A DNA stretch of 64,000 nt from Acidobacteriota bacterium (GCA_040005235.1 JBDTZG010000010.1:58292-122291); one strand, 5' to 3'. Counted from the first letter of the stretch, positions 8,568 through 18,736 are shown. The notes: generated by a model from the letters alone, not told the origin. Made by a program: numbers and translations.

Positions 8568-10296
8568 CAGGGTGGGTCATCACGACGGCATCCAGCCGCC
8601 GCACCCCTTCGGCTAGCAGAGCGGGAAGCAGCACCCGGCCACCGAGATCGCCGTGGCGCCAACCGCCGCCGTCGACCAGAATCGCCCGCGCGCCGTCGCG
8701 CAACAGGATCGAATCCCCCTGGCCAACGTCGAACATCGCGAGCGTCGGCTCGGTTCCCGGGGGCCGGTGCGCGCCGATCGCGACCCCCCCCCCAAGCGCC
8801 AAGGCTCCGCCGAGAGCCAAGAGCACCCGTTGGGAGCGCGACAGGCGGCGATCCGGCGCCAACGCGAGCAACCCGACGCCCGCGGCGAGCAGAATCGCCG
8901 TGCCGAGCCCCGCGGCCACCGGAATCGAAGGCCGCCAGGGGCCGGGAATCCGCGCCGGCCAGCCGAGCGGCGCCGCGAGCGCGTCGAGCCACGGCAGAAC
9001 CTGCCTTGCGAATTCCGGCGCGACGCAGGCGAGGCCCAGCCAGACGAAGCAGGCAGCGAGCGCCACGGCGGCCCACGGAATCGCGATCAGGTTGAACGCA
9101 AACGAAGCCGGGGTCAGTAGGTGAAACGCCGGAAGCGCAAAAGGAAGGGTCGCCACCTCGGCTCCCGCGCTAGCCGCGAGACCCCGCCGCAGCCACGGGC
9201 TCCAAGAAAACGGCCGGCGGTTCCAAGCCCGCTCGAACCGGGGGGCGACCACCAACAAACCGACGGTTGCGGACATCGAGAGCTGGAACGACAGATCCAG
9301 CACGAGATCCGGCCGGCTCGCCACTCCGAGCAGCAGCGCCAGACCGAGGCCATTCTTCGCCGCCGGAGGGCGTTCGAAAGCAAGGGCCGCCACGGCCAAT
9401 AAGCCCATCACCGCGGCGCGCACCAGGGCCGGGAGCGGACCGGCAATCATCAAATACGCCGCGACGGCACCCGCCGCTAGCAGCAGCCGAACTCCTCGCG
9501 GCAGCCGGCTCCCGAACAAGCCGCCGAAAAGAAAGACGAGCGCCGCGGCCAAGCCGACGTGAACCCCGGACACTGAGAGAAGATGGAACAGCCCGGTCCA
9601 CCGCAGCCCCCGCTTCCAGGCCGGCGGAATGCGCGAGGCATCCCCTAGAACGAATGCACGGACGAGCGCCTTGCCCGCGCTTTCGGGCCCCGCCGCTCCG
9701 ATCCGCCGTTCGAGAGCCCGCCGCCATCGCGAGGAAAGCCGAGAGAGCGCCCCCGGCGGCCGTTCGATTTCGAGAAACACCCGGCTCTTGAGCGACATCC
9801 GCCAACCGCCCGGCTCGCTGGGACCTGCATTCGCAAACGGTGCCGAACGTCGGAGATACCCTTCGGCCCGCACCCGCGAACCGAACTCCGGCGGTTCCTC
9901 CTCTCCGGGAATCCGCAACCGGGCCGAAAACCGGACCGGCTCCGATCGACCCGCTTGGACGAACCGGTCGACCTCGAACGGCGCCTCCCAGCCGTCCTCG
10001 TCCGCCGTCCAATGGCCGGAGATCGTGCCAGAAAGGATCACCGGCCGATCGGAATCCAAGCCCAGTTCGGCGCGTCCAGGTAGGGAGTAGAAAAGAGTCG
10101 CCACCAGAGCCCCCGCGCCCACCGCAGCGACGAGGACCCCGAACCTCCGCCGCAGAGCGAATCCCGCGGCGATCAGGGCGACCAGAAGGGGAACGGCCGG
10201 GCGAAAGGAGAAGAGCGCAAACAGAGCCCCCGCAGCCAACGCGAGGGCCGGGGCAAACAGAGGAGCGGACGGGGAGGATCGATCGTTGGTTTTCAT
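8428..10296 (-). pseudogene. comEC: ComEC/Rec2 competence channel, interrupted within the MBL domain (host-derived sequence ends ~8565)
   Basis: Competence domain HLLSVSGVHVG, RAAVM, SFQLS. MBL start FDVGQGDSILL...VDGGG...MTHPDGD, after which the expected H-x-GG and the rest of the MBL domain are replaced by unrelated sequence. Confidence 0.85.
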
Positions 10297-10452
10297 GCCC
10301 CCTAAGACGCGTTCGGGGGCCTTTGATCTTGCAGTTTCGGGCGCCGAAGAAGAAATTGTTCCCCCGCGGGCGAGAATGGCGTAAGTACGGCGTATAATCT
10401 GCCTGCCTTATCGCTCAAACCTGTGATCTGGCCCGGCCGGCCGGGAGGTGAC

Positions 10453-12177
10453 ATGCTCTCGATGATGGTGACCAGCAGCCCGGCTGAGCGAAGCCAGAGA
10501 AAGAGCTTGGGGGCCTATTACTCTCCCCATTCGCTGGTGGAACCTATGGTCGCCTGGGCTCTCACACGGGCCGATCAATCGGTGCTCGACCCTTCGTGCG
10601 GCGACGGAATCTTCTTGGCCGCGGCAGGGCGTCGACTGCGTGAGCTGGGCGCCAACCCCCGGGAAATCTCCGCTCTCCTCCATGCCGTGGATTTGAACCC
10701 CGACGCGGCTCGGTTTACCCGAGAGCGTCTGACCGCTCTCGGCCTACCGCTCGCGAACGTCCGGGTGGCGAGCTTCTTCTCGCTACCGCCTCCCGGCGGC
10801 TTGACCGGCTCCTCCGAGGGCGTCGATCTGGTGATCGGCAACCCTCCCTACATCCGCTACCAGGATTTCTCGGGCCTCGCGAGGCAAGAGGCTCTCGCCC
10901 GCGCTTCCGACGCGGGAGTTCAGCTGAACCGGCTTGCCTCCTCCTGGGCACATTTCGTAGCCCATACGGTTGCGTTCCTACGTCCTGGAGGGCGGCTCGC
11001 TTTCATCCTTCCGGCGGAGCTGATCCACGCCTCCTACGCTGCGCCGCTGCGCGAATATTTGCGCCGCTCGTTCGCCGAGGTCTCCGTCGTCTCGTTCCGG
11101 CAGGCGGTCTTTCCCGAGGTGCAAGAGGAAGTCGTCCTGCTCCTCGCTTCCGGCAAGGACCGGGCGCCGGAGCGCCTTCGCTTGGCGGAGGTCGAGTCCC
11201 CGGCCGATTTGGCCGATCTAGCGGCCGTCTTGGAAGGAGCCGAGGAATTTCACCCGGGGGTGGAACCGGCCAAATGGGTTCCGGGCTATACCGATCACCC
11301 GGGTGCCGTTTCTCTCGATCTTCTGTCGGCGCGCGGTTTGCTCGCGCCGCTCAGCGATGTCGGCAAGGCGAACATCGGTTTCGTCAGTGGAGCGAACGAA
11401 TACTTCGTCCTCACTCCCGGCGAAGCCCGGCACTGGCGCCTCCCTGATTCCTCCTTGCAGCCTGCTTTGGTCCGCGCCCGTCAGATCCCCGGTCTGCGGA
11501 TCACGAAGGCCGATCTGTCGCTCGGCAACTCGCAAGGCGATCGCTGCCTGCTCTGGCTTCCCGGAGAGCATCTCACCGCCGCCGAGAAGAGATATATCCG
11601 GCATGGCGAAGAATTGGGCTACTCCGAGCGATACAAATGCCGGGTCCGCTCTCCCTGGTTTCGGGTTCCCGGCGTCGTCAGCCCCGACGCGTTTCTGACT
11701 TACATGAGCGATGTCGTCCCCCGGCTTTGCCTGAATCAAGCGAAGACCGTCGCCTCGAACACGCTGCTCACGATTCGTCTCCAGGGGGTTCCCGCGGCCC
11801 TGCGGAGAGCTTTCGTGGCGGCGTTCTACAACTCCGCGACCCTGATGTCCGCCGAACGCATCGGGCGAAGCTACGGCGGAGGCGTGCTGAAACTGGAGCC
11901 CCGCGAAGCCGACCGCCTTCTCGTCCCCTCCGTCGAACTGGTGGGCCGACACAAGGCTTCTCTAATCAAACTGTCCGATACGATGGACACCGTCCTGCGC
12001 AACGGCCGCGATGGACGCCTGGAAGAAGCGGTGGCCGCCGTGGACGCACTTCTCTTTTCAGGAGAGGAGCTTGCCCAATCCGACATGGCGGCTGCCCGCG
12101 CGGGCCTGCGAGAGAGGCGCCAAGCGCGCGCCCGGCCTTCGCGAACGGCAGACCCGCAGGCTTTCCTTTTCGCGTAG
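10453..12177 (+). CDS. Type II N6-adenine DNA methyltransferase (gamma class)
   Basis: GGAGGT RBS before ATG 10453; GAYYSP, LDPSCGDGIFL (motif I), GNPPY (motif IV), C-terminal GRSYGGGVLKLEP. Confidence 0.9.
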   Translation: MLSMMVTSSPAERSQRKSLGAYYSPHSLVEPMVAWALTRADQSVLDPSCGDGIFLAAAGRRLRELGANPREISALLHAVDLNPDAARFTRERLTALGLPLANVRVASFFSLPPPGGLTGSSEGVDLVIGNPPYIRYQDFSGLARQEALARASDAGVQLNRLASSWAHFVAHTVAFLRPGGRLAFILPAELIHASYAAPLREYLRRSFAEVSVVSFRQAVFPEVQEEVVLLLASGKDRAPERLRLAEVESPADLADLAAVLEGAEEFHPGVEPAKWVPGYTDHPGAVSLDLLSARGLLAPLSDVGKANIGFVSGANEYFVLTPGEARHWRLPDSSLQPALVRARQIPGLRITKADLSLGNSQGDRCLLWLPGEHLTAAEKRYIRHGEELGYSERYKCRVRSPWFRVPGVVSPDAFLTYMSDVVPRLCLNQAKTVASNTLLTIRLQGVPAALRRAFVAAFYNSATLMSAERIGRSYGGGVLKLEPREADRLLVPSVELVGRHKASLIKLSDTMDTVLRNGRDGRLEEAVAAVDALLFSGEELAQSDMAAARAGLRERRQARARPSRTADPQAFLFA

Positions 12178-12179
12178 CC

Positions 12180-12947
12180 ATGGCCAGGAAGACCAGTCCC
12201 CGCGTAGCGACGAGTCCGGGCTGCCGGTCGCTCCTGGAGATGTACCTAGGGGCGGTTGACGACCGGCCTTCCCGATGGACCGAGGTCGAGGCTTCATTCC
12301 TCACCGCCATGTGGAGCTTCGATCAAGCGTTCGCCGTTGGTTTGGCCAATCAAGGTGACAATCAGAACGGCAAAGGAGACTTCTTCAACGATTTGACCGC
12401 TCTCCTCTTGGAGAATTGCTCGGGCAAGGTGCTCCAAGGCCGAGGGGCGGTACCCGGACTGATCTTTCCGAAGCACAACCTCGACACCGCCTACCCGCAT
12501 AAGGGAACGGTCGAAATCTTGATCGAGACCAAGGCGGCGGGTGCGCCGAAGACCCTTCGGAACCCGCAACAAAAGAATCCCAAGGGCCGGCCAGGAAGCT
12601 CAGATCTCGACAAGAGGATCAAGGAAGCCGGTTTGAAGTCCATCGACCTCAAGGCTGAGTGGGCGCGTACCGCCGGCCAAGGCGGAGGTCCCACGAGCGA
12701 CCTGGTGAGCTGGCTCAAGAGGAGCAAGCCACTGTCGTTCCTATTCCTGGCGATCCGAGTGGTTGACGACAACGATCTCAAGCGAACGCTCTTTTTTGCC
12801 GACGCCGCCAACCAATTAATGGATGGCGTCGGCGTGGTGGCCTATCAACCTGCCGGCGAGGGCTATCGGGTCCGCCAGGTCCCCACTCATTTGGAGCTCG
12901 ATCGAGTCATGAGCCGAGTCTGCACGGCGCTGCGCGGCTTGCCGTGA
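12180..12947 (+). CDS. Putative type II restriction endonuclease (PD-(D/E)xK)
   Basis: ATG 2 nt after the MTase stop; HNLD...ILIETK catalytic-like motif; 255 aa. Confidence 0.65.
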   Translation: MARKTSPRVATSPGCRSLLEMYLGAVDDRPSRWTEVEASFLTAMWSFDQAFAVGLANQGDNQNGKGDFFNDLTALLLENCSGKVLQGRGAVPGLIFPKHNLDTAYPHKGTVEILIETKAAGAPKTLRNPQQKNPKGRPGSSDLDKRIKEAGLKSIDLKAEWARTAGQGGGPTSDLVSWLKRSKPLSFLFLAIRVVDDNDLKRTLFFADAANQLMDGVGVVAYQPAGEGYRVRQVPTHLELDRVMSRVCTALRGLP

Positions 12948-13077
12948 TCAGGTTCGCTCCATCTCTCACGCCTGCATCGCTCTAGCCGCAGCGCCCACTC
13001 GCCGCATTCCAAACTCTCGGCTTGAGGAGCCGCTCACTCGCGAGCTGGCACGGCAGATTGCCGAGAGGAAGAAAGAT

Positions 13078-13154
13078 TGGTCGGGACGCCGGGATTTGAA
13101 CCCGGGACCCCCTGAACCCCATTCAGGTACGCTACCAGACTGCGCTACGTCCCG
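13078..13154 (-). tRNA. tRNA-Pro(GGG)
   Basis: Reverse complement CGGGACGTAGCGCAGTCTGGTAGCG...CCTGA-AT-GGG-GT-TCAGG...GGTTCAAATCC...CCCGACCA. Confidence 0.95.
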
Positions 13155-13175
13155 ACCGGAACTGCGGGGAAACGA

Positions 13176-13775
13176 CTACGGGGAACTGCTTTCGAGGAGA
13201 GCCAGGATCTCACGGGCTTGACCGAGCGCTTGGCGTATCCCCGAACGGAGGGTTTGTATCCGCTCGGTGCCCTGGGTGTCAAGCGAAAGGACAGGGATCT
13301 CGGGCGGATCGGGCAGGAGCGGCAGGTCCAATTCTGGGTCGAAGGATAGATCCGCGAAGGACGCCGAGACGGCAGGCGCGGCGGTCGCCTTGGCGGCTCG
13401 CTTGGCCGGTCGGAGCGGGAGATCCGCAGCTGGGGCTTCCGCGATGCCCGCGACGGCCGGCTCGGCGGCTCCCGCGGTTTCGATCAGGCTGGGTGTGCCG
13501 TCTTCGTCAAGGGTGCCGTTTTCAAGCTCGGTTTCGAGGCGCTTCTTCGCTCCGGCGATGGTGTAGCCCTCGCCGTAGAGCAGCTCTTTGATCCGGCGGA
13601 TGATCGCCAGCTCTTTTTCGCTGTAGACGCGCTGGCCGGAGCGGCTCTTGGACGGCGAAAGGGCGGGAAACTCGGTCTCCCAATAGCGCAGCACGTAAGG
13701 CTGGATGTCGAGCGCCTTACAGGCCTCACCGATTTTGTAATAGAGGCGTTTCTGCACGCGGGCCTTGGGCGGCAT
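13176..13775 (-). CDS. MerR-family HTH regulator
   Basis: YYKIGEAC...YVLRYWETEFP.L.P.KSRSGQRVY; classic IHF-merR-tRNA-Pro arrangement. Confidence 0.9.
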   Translation of the reverse strand: MPPKARVQKRLYYKIGEACKALDIQPYVLRYWETEFPALSPSKSRSGQRVYSEKELAIIRRIKELLYGEGYTIAGAKKRLETELENGTLDEDGTPSLIETAGAAEPAVAGIAEAPAADLPLRPAKRAAKATAAPAVSASFADLSFDPELDLPLLPDPPEIPVLSLDTQGTERIQTLRSGIRQALGQAREILALLESSSP

Positions 13776-13778
13776 CGG

Positions 13779-14072
13779 TTACGACTCTTCGCCGGGTTCG
13801 GTGATTTCGTCCTTGAGCCGCCGGGCGGGCCGGAAGGCGAGCCCCTTGTGCGGACGAATGAAGATCTTCTCGCCTGAGGTCGGACTCACTCCCTGGCGCC
13901 CGGGGCGCTTGGTGATCTCGAACGTCCCGAAGTTCTTGATTCGAACGGGCCGGCCGTCGCCGAGCGTCGACTTGACGGTGGTGAAAATCGCGTCGATCAC
14001 CTCCGCCGCCTCGTCCTTGGTCAAACCCCCATGCCGCTGGTAGACCACATCCACCAGATCGGCCTTGGTCAT
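13779..14072 (-). CDS. Integration host factor/HU family DNA-binding protein
   Basis: MTKADLV...VRIKNFGTFE...RQGVSPTSGEKIFI...FRP. Confidence 0.92.
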   Translation of the reverse strand: MTKADLVDVVYQRHGGLTKDEAAEVIDAIFTTVKSTLGDGRPVRIKNFGTFEITKRPGRQGVSPTSGEKIFIRPHKGLAFRPARRLKDEITEPGEES

Positions 14073-14215
14073 GCCCAGACGGTCGTGTTTGTTCTTCGTC
14101 GCCACGGTTCGAAAAGTGTCCCCGGAATGTCGCCCAACAGTCAAAAAGATTCGAGCGGCAAGTATAGAAGCGGGCAGGGCGGGGAGCAAGCCGACGAGCA
14201 GAGGGAGGCGGCGGA

Positions 14216-15559
14216 TCAATCCTCCGCCTTTTCCGTCCGCTTGCGGATCACCAGCCGGATCGGCACGCCGGGCAGGCCCAGCTCTTCGCGCAGGCGGTTT
14301 TCGAGATAACGGCGGTAGGTGTTGGCCCGATGAAGCGTCCGGTTGGCGAACAGCATGAAGGTGGGCGGCGCGGTCGAGACCTGGGTCGCGTAGTAGAGCT
14401 TCCACATCCTTCCGTGGTCGGCCGGCGGGTGGAAGCGCTCGATCGCCTTCTCGAACAGCCGGTTCACCTCGCCGGTGCCGAGACGCAGGCTGTACGCTTC
14501 GATCGTCCGGTCGAGGGCGGGGAAGAGCTTCTCCACCCCGCGCCCCGAGAGCGCGGACACGTTCACCCGCTCCGGCCCGGCGAGCATCTCGTCGAGGCGC
14601 TCCCACGAGAGCTCCAGGCGCTTCCTCGACTCTTCGTCCAGCAGGTCCCACTTGTTGACCGCAATCACCGCCGCCTTGCCCAGCTCCCAAGCGAGGCCGG
14701 CGATGGCGAGGTCGCCGCTCGAAATGCCCTGCGCCGCGTCGACCACCAAGATCGCGATCTTGCAGCGCTCGATCTGGCGCCGCGCCATCATCACCGCCAG
14801 CTCTTCGGCCTCCCCCGTCACCTGGCTCCGGCGGCGCATGCCGGCGGTGTCGATCAGCAGGTAGGACTTGTCACCGCGGGTGAGCAGGGTGTCGACCGGA
14901 TCGCGGGTGGTGCCGGCGACGGGCGAGACGAGCGCCCGCTCGGAGCCCACGATCTTATTGAGCAGGGAGGACTTGCCGACGTTCGGCCGGCCGACGATGG
15001 CGATCGCCGGAGCGTCGGGCACGACGTGATCCGGGATCTCCGGCAAGGCATGGCCGATCGCCTCGCGCAGATCGGCTACGCCCAAGCCGTGCTCGGCCGA
15101 GAGCAGGATCTGGCGCTCGATGCCGAGCGAGTAGAACTCCGAGAAGCGGCGCTCGGCCTCTTTGGTGTCTCCTTTGTTGACCGCCAGGATCGCCGGCTTG
15201 CCGTAGCGCCGGAAGCGCTGCCAGACGGCCTCGTCCGCCGCGGTGAGCCCCTGCTTGCCGTCGACCACGAAGACCAGCAGGTCGCTTTCCTCGACCGCCA
15301 AAAAGACCTGCGCCGAAAGGCCGAGCGGATCGTCGCCGAGCATCAGACCGCCGGTGTCGACCAGCTGGATCTTCCGGTCGATCGGCTCCCCTTCGGGACC
15401 GAAGGTGCTCTCGACGTCGCATAGCGCAACGATCCGGTCGCGGGTGACGCCCGGCATGTCGTGAACGATCGAATGGCGTTTGCCGACCAGGCGGTTGAAC
15501 AGGGTGGACTTGCCGACGTTGGGCCGGCCGACGATCGCGACGGTGGGTGTGAGGGTCAT
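14216..15559 (-). CDS. der: Ribosome biogenesis GTPase Der (EngA)
   Basis: Two GTPase domains (GRPNVGKS twice, DTGG/DTAG, NKxD/NKWD) plus a KH-like C-terminus. Confidence 0.97.
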   Translation of the reverse strand: MTLTPTVAIVGRPNVGKSTLFNRLVGKRHSIVHDMPGVTRDRIVALCDVESTFGPEGEPIDRKIQLVDTGGLMLGDDPLGLSAQVFLAVEESDLLVFVVDGKQGLTAADEAVWQRFRRYGKPAILAVNKGDTKEAERRFSEFYSLGIERQILLSAEHGLGVADLREAIGHALPEIPDHVVPDAPAIAIVGRPNVGKSSLLNKIVGSERALVSPVAGTTRDPVDTLLTRGDKSYLLIDTAGMRRRSQVTGEAEELAVMMARRQIERCKIAILVVDAAQGISSGDLAIAGLAWELGKAAVIAVNKWDLLDEESRKRLELSWERLDEMLAGPERVNVSALSGRGVEKLFPALDRTIEAYSLRLGTGEVNRLFEKAIERFHPPADHGRMWKLYYATQVSTAPPTFMLFANRTLHRANTYRRYLENRLREELGLPGVPIRLVIRKRTEKAED

Positions 15560-15589
15560 GAGGTTTGGCTTTCTGGCGGGTCGCGAATT

Positions 15590-17953
15590 CTATCGGGTCG
15601 CCAACAGGCGCAGATCCAAGCCGCGATGGCGAAGGTCGACGCCGACCAGCTCGACCAACACCGGGTCGGCGAGCCGCAGCGATCGACCGGTGGTTTCGCC
15701 GATCAGGCGCAGGGTCGCCGCATCGTAGCGGAAGCGCTCGTCGCCCGGCTCGCCCAAGGTCTTGACCGGGATCAGACCATCGACATGGTAGCCATCCAGG
15801 ACCACGAACACGCCGAACTGCTGGATGCCGGAGATCCGGCCGGTGAACCGATCGCCGATCCGCGAGGCGAGAAAGCGCACCTTCCACCACTGGAGCAGCT
15901 CTCGCTCGGAGCGCTCGCCGCGCCGGTCGGCTTCGGTCGCGTGCTCGGCGATCGCGGCGTAGCGTTCGAGCGTCTCGGGATCGTCCGGCGCCGCGGCGAA
16001 TTCGCCGCGGAGGCGCGCCTTCAGGCTCCGATGGACCACCAGATCGGGGTAGCGCCGGATCGGCGAGGTGAAATGCGCGTAGCGGGGGGCAGCGAGCGCG
16101 GCGTGCCCCAGGTTCTGCGGGCCATAGCGGGCGCCGGGGAGAGCGCGCAGCACGAGCGCCGAGATGAACGGCTCGTCCGGCCGCCCGGCCGCGCGCCGCA
16201 ACACCGATTGCAGCTCCGCCGTGGGGAGAGCTGCGGCGGCAATTTTCGTCGCGGCATCCGCTTGGGCTTCAGGAGAGGAAGGATCGACTGCCGGATCGGT
16301 GAGAGCTCCCTCCGGCACCGCGAGCGGCAGTCCGAGCGCTTCGAGCGAAGAGGCCAGCTCGCGCAGGCGCTCGCCGGTCGGCCCGTCGTGGATGCGGTAG
16401 ATCGCCGGACGTCCCGCGGCGAGCAATTCCGAAGCAACCGCCTCGTTCGCCGCGATCATGAACTCCTCGACGATCCGGTGGCCGACGTGACGCTCCCCCG
16501 CCGCGATCCCCACCAGCGCACCGGCTGAATCGAGCTCGACGTCCCCTTCGGGAAGGTCGAAATCGAGCGAGCCCCGGGCCAGCCGGGCGGAAAGCAGCGC
16601 CTGCATCGCGGCGCGGGCGACTTTGAGCATTCTGAGCACCGGGCCGTAGTCCGCCTCGTCCCCGGCTGCCGGCTCTTCGAGCAGTCGGCGGACCTCCGTG
16701 TAGGTGAGCCTCCGGGCGCTTCGGATCGCGGTCTCGGCGAAGCGCGCGGCCACCGGTCGGCCGGAAGGATCGATATCGATCACCGCCGCCATCGACAGAC
16801 GCAGCTCGTGGGGGCTGAGCGAGCAGAGACCATTCGAAAGCGACTCGGGGAGCATCGGCACGACGCGGCCGGGGTAGTAGACGCTGGTCGAGCGGCGGAA
16901 CGCTTCGAGGTCGAGAGCGCTTCCTTCGGCCACGTAATGGCCGACGTCGGCGACATGGACCGCGATCCGGAAACCGCCGCCGGGAAGCGCCTCGGCGGTG
17001 ATCGCGTCGTCGAAATCCTGGGTGCTCGCTCCGTCGATCGTCACGATCGTTCGCGAGGTCCAATCTTCGCGCCCGGCGAGATCCTCGCTCCGCGGCGCGG
17101 CGGGCATCAGTGCCGCCTCGGCGAGCGCCTCGGCCGGGGCGACCGCCGGGATGCCGAAATGCGCGATCACCGCGCGAATCTCGGCTTGAGGATCGCCCTC
17201 CGCCCCGAGCACCTCGATCACCCGGGCGATCGTCTTCTTGGACGACGGCTCGCGCGACTCAGACGCTCCGCCGAAACGGTCGGGCCGCTCCGGCCGCTCG
17301 ATCTCGACCCGTACCCACGTGCCGTCCGGCAGCTCGTCGGCGCCGAGCACCGCGAAATCGGCCGGTTTCTGCGCATCGAACGGATCGATCCGGCGTTCGG
17401 TCGGCACGCAGTCCGGTACCGTGAGGAGCGCGCCTACCCGCTCGGTCGGGCCGTGGGCGAGCACGCGCAGCACCCGCGCCTCGGCCAGGCGCCCGGGGCG
17501 CGGCTCGCCGCGGGGAGGGATTTCCTCGTAGAGGACGACGTCGCCCGAGTCGGCGCGACGGAGCCGTTGGCGCGCCACCCAAAGGCGGCCTCGCGGACCG
17601 CCGGCCGCTCCCGGCACGGGCGGAGCCAGACGGCGGAGCATGGCGTCTCCGCGCTCCAGCCGATCGACCAAGCCGATCGGGGCGGGGGCGAAAGCGATCG
17701 CGTACCACCGCTCGTCGAGGCGGACAGCGCGGGCGTGGCGGGCGAGTTCGGAAAGGACGGCGCGCGGTTCGTTGGCCAGGTCGGCGGCGGCGATGCCCTC
17801 CGCCCCCGCGGCGGTCAGCCGTTCGAGCAGGCGGCGCACCTCGGCGCGCTCGGCGCCGGCACGAAGCGCCGAGGGCGCAGGGGAAACAGGGACCGGTGAC
17901 GACGACGGGGTGCGGGGATCTAGATTCGAGACAAGAGGGTCGATTTCGGTCAT
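15590..17953 (-). CDS. rnr: Ribonuclease R (RNB family)
   Basis: TIDGASTQDFDDA, VHVADV, HFTSPIRRYPDLVVHR, C-terminal S1 domain; the start position is uncertain. Confidence 0.9.
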   Translation of the reverse strand: MTEIDPLVSNLDPRTPSSSPVPVSPAPSALRAGAERAEVRRLLERLTAAGAEGIAAADLANEPRAVLSELARHARAVRLDERWYAIAFAPAPIGLVDRLERGDAMLRRLAPPVPGAAGGPRGRLWVARQRLRRADSGDVVLYEEIPPRGEPRPGRLAEARVLRVLAHGPTERVGALLTVPDCVPTERRIDPFDAQKPADFAVLGADELPDGTWVRVEIERPERPDRFGGASESREPSSKKTIARVIEVLGAEGDPQAEIRAVIAHFGIPAVAPAEALAEAALMPAAPRSEDLAGREDWTSRTIVTIDGASTQDFDDAITAEALPGGGFRIAVHVADVGHYVAEGSALDLEAFRRSTSVYYPGRVVPMLPESLSNGLCSLSPHELRLSMAAVIDIDPSGRPVAARFAETAIRSARRLTYTEVRRLLEEPAAGDEADYGPVLRMLKVARAAMQALLSARLARGSLDFDLPEGDVELDSAGALVGIAAGERHVGHRIVEEFMIAANEAVASELLAAGRPAIYRIHDGPTGERLRELASSLEALGLPLAVPEGALTDPAVDPSSPEAQADAATKIAAAALPTAELQSVLRRAAGRPDEPFISALVLRALPGARYGPQNLGHAALAAPRYAHFTSPIRRYPDLVVHRSLKARLRGEFAAAPDDPETLERYAAIAEHATEADRRGERSERELLQWWKVRFLASRIGDRFTGRISGIQQFGVFVVLDGYHVDGLIPVKTLGEPGDERFRYDAATLRLIGETTGRSLRLADPVLVELVGVDLRHRGLDLRLLATR

Positions 17954-18024
17954 AAGCTCAGGGCAGTGTACCGCGTTGCCGTCCGACAAGCTGACCCCGC
18001 CGGCTGGACGTTCGGCTCCCGAAT

Positions 18025-18322
18025 GTGCAGAGCTGGAAGAAATCTGTGCGTTCGCGGCCTGCATCACCGAGTTTCAGAGGTCTCGATGTGCGGCACATAG
18101 AAGGGCCTTGTGCGAACCGCTCTCCAGGAGCCGCTGTTCCGAGTGCTGGAAGCGGCCGAGCGACCCACGGCGCACAGATTTCGATGCGCGACGCACAATC
18201 TTGAGGACCGACAAGCGGTCCACGGCAGCGGAAATGGTCTCCGAGCTCTCCGATATCGAATTCGGGACTCAGCCGAGTGGTTTTCTGGTCCAACTTCGCA
18301 CAGATTTCTTCCAGCTCTGCAC
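18025..18322. repeat. Perfect 26-bp inverted repeat flanking 246 bp, within a GCACA-motif-rich intergenic tract
   Basis: GTGCAGAGCTGGAAGAAATCTGTGCG (18025-18050) and CGCACAGATTTCTTCCAGCTCTGCAC (18297-18322). Confidence 0.9.
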
Positions 18323-18694
18323 GCGCGAGAGTCACGAAACGGGTCTCGGCTTTCGCGTCCGCACAATCGGCGATGAAATCCGCACATCCGCGAGTCCGCA
18401 GAACGGTTTCGGCATTCCGGATTGGAGTTCCGCGTACCGCCGCCGCACAGACCTGAAGCGCGTCTGCACATCCGGCACTCCGCGGAGCGCTTTCGGCGGC
18501 TGCCGCATCTTTCTGCTGACCCAAAGCGCCAGGCTGGAGCCTGGCGAGCCCAGGAAGACGCCGTGATGCAGGACCCTGGGACCGCCGAGCACCAGCTCGG
18601 CTGCTTTTACACCCCTCGCCGCTTCGGTGCCGAGCTGGTGCTCGGCGGTCCCAGGAACTACATACGGCCGCGGCCTCCTCGCTCCGGACCGAGT

Positions 18695-18725
18695 TTGACA
18701 CTCCTCCCCCGCTTGCGACTACAAT
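18695..18725 (+). promoter_or_regulatory. Possible sigma70 promoter for tRNA-Leu
   Basis: TTGACA (18695-18700) and TACAAT (18720-18725); the 19-nt spacer is longer than optimal. Confidence 0.4.
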
Positions 18726-18736
18726 CCCCCCGTCAC

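Larger units (their letters stand above)
1..8570. mobile_element. Right portion of an integrated element/genomic island inserted in comEC (left end lies outside the window)
   Basis: comEC is cut at its MBL motif (~8560-8575). Sequence to the left is visibly more AT-rich in large parts (700-1950, 3830-8080) and carries nuclease, regulator and hypothetical cargo. No integrase is seen inside the window. Confidence 0.7.

Noticed and set aside
10453-12177. Assigning a recognition sequence or name to the MTase
   Set aside because: Motifs show class only; specificity needs a REBASE comparison or methylome data.
10296-13078. tRNA-Pro 3'-end duplication (att site) bounding the R-M genes
   Set aside because: No copy of TGGTCGGGACGCCGGG was found between comEC and the MTase, and no integrase is present.
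18020-18480. CRISPR array
   Set aside because: Repeats are short, irregularly spaced and in both orientations; no cas genes. The 47886 array also has no spacers.
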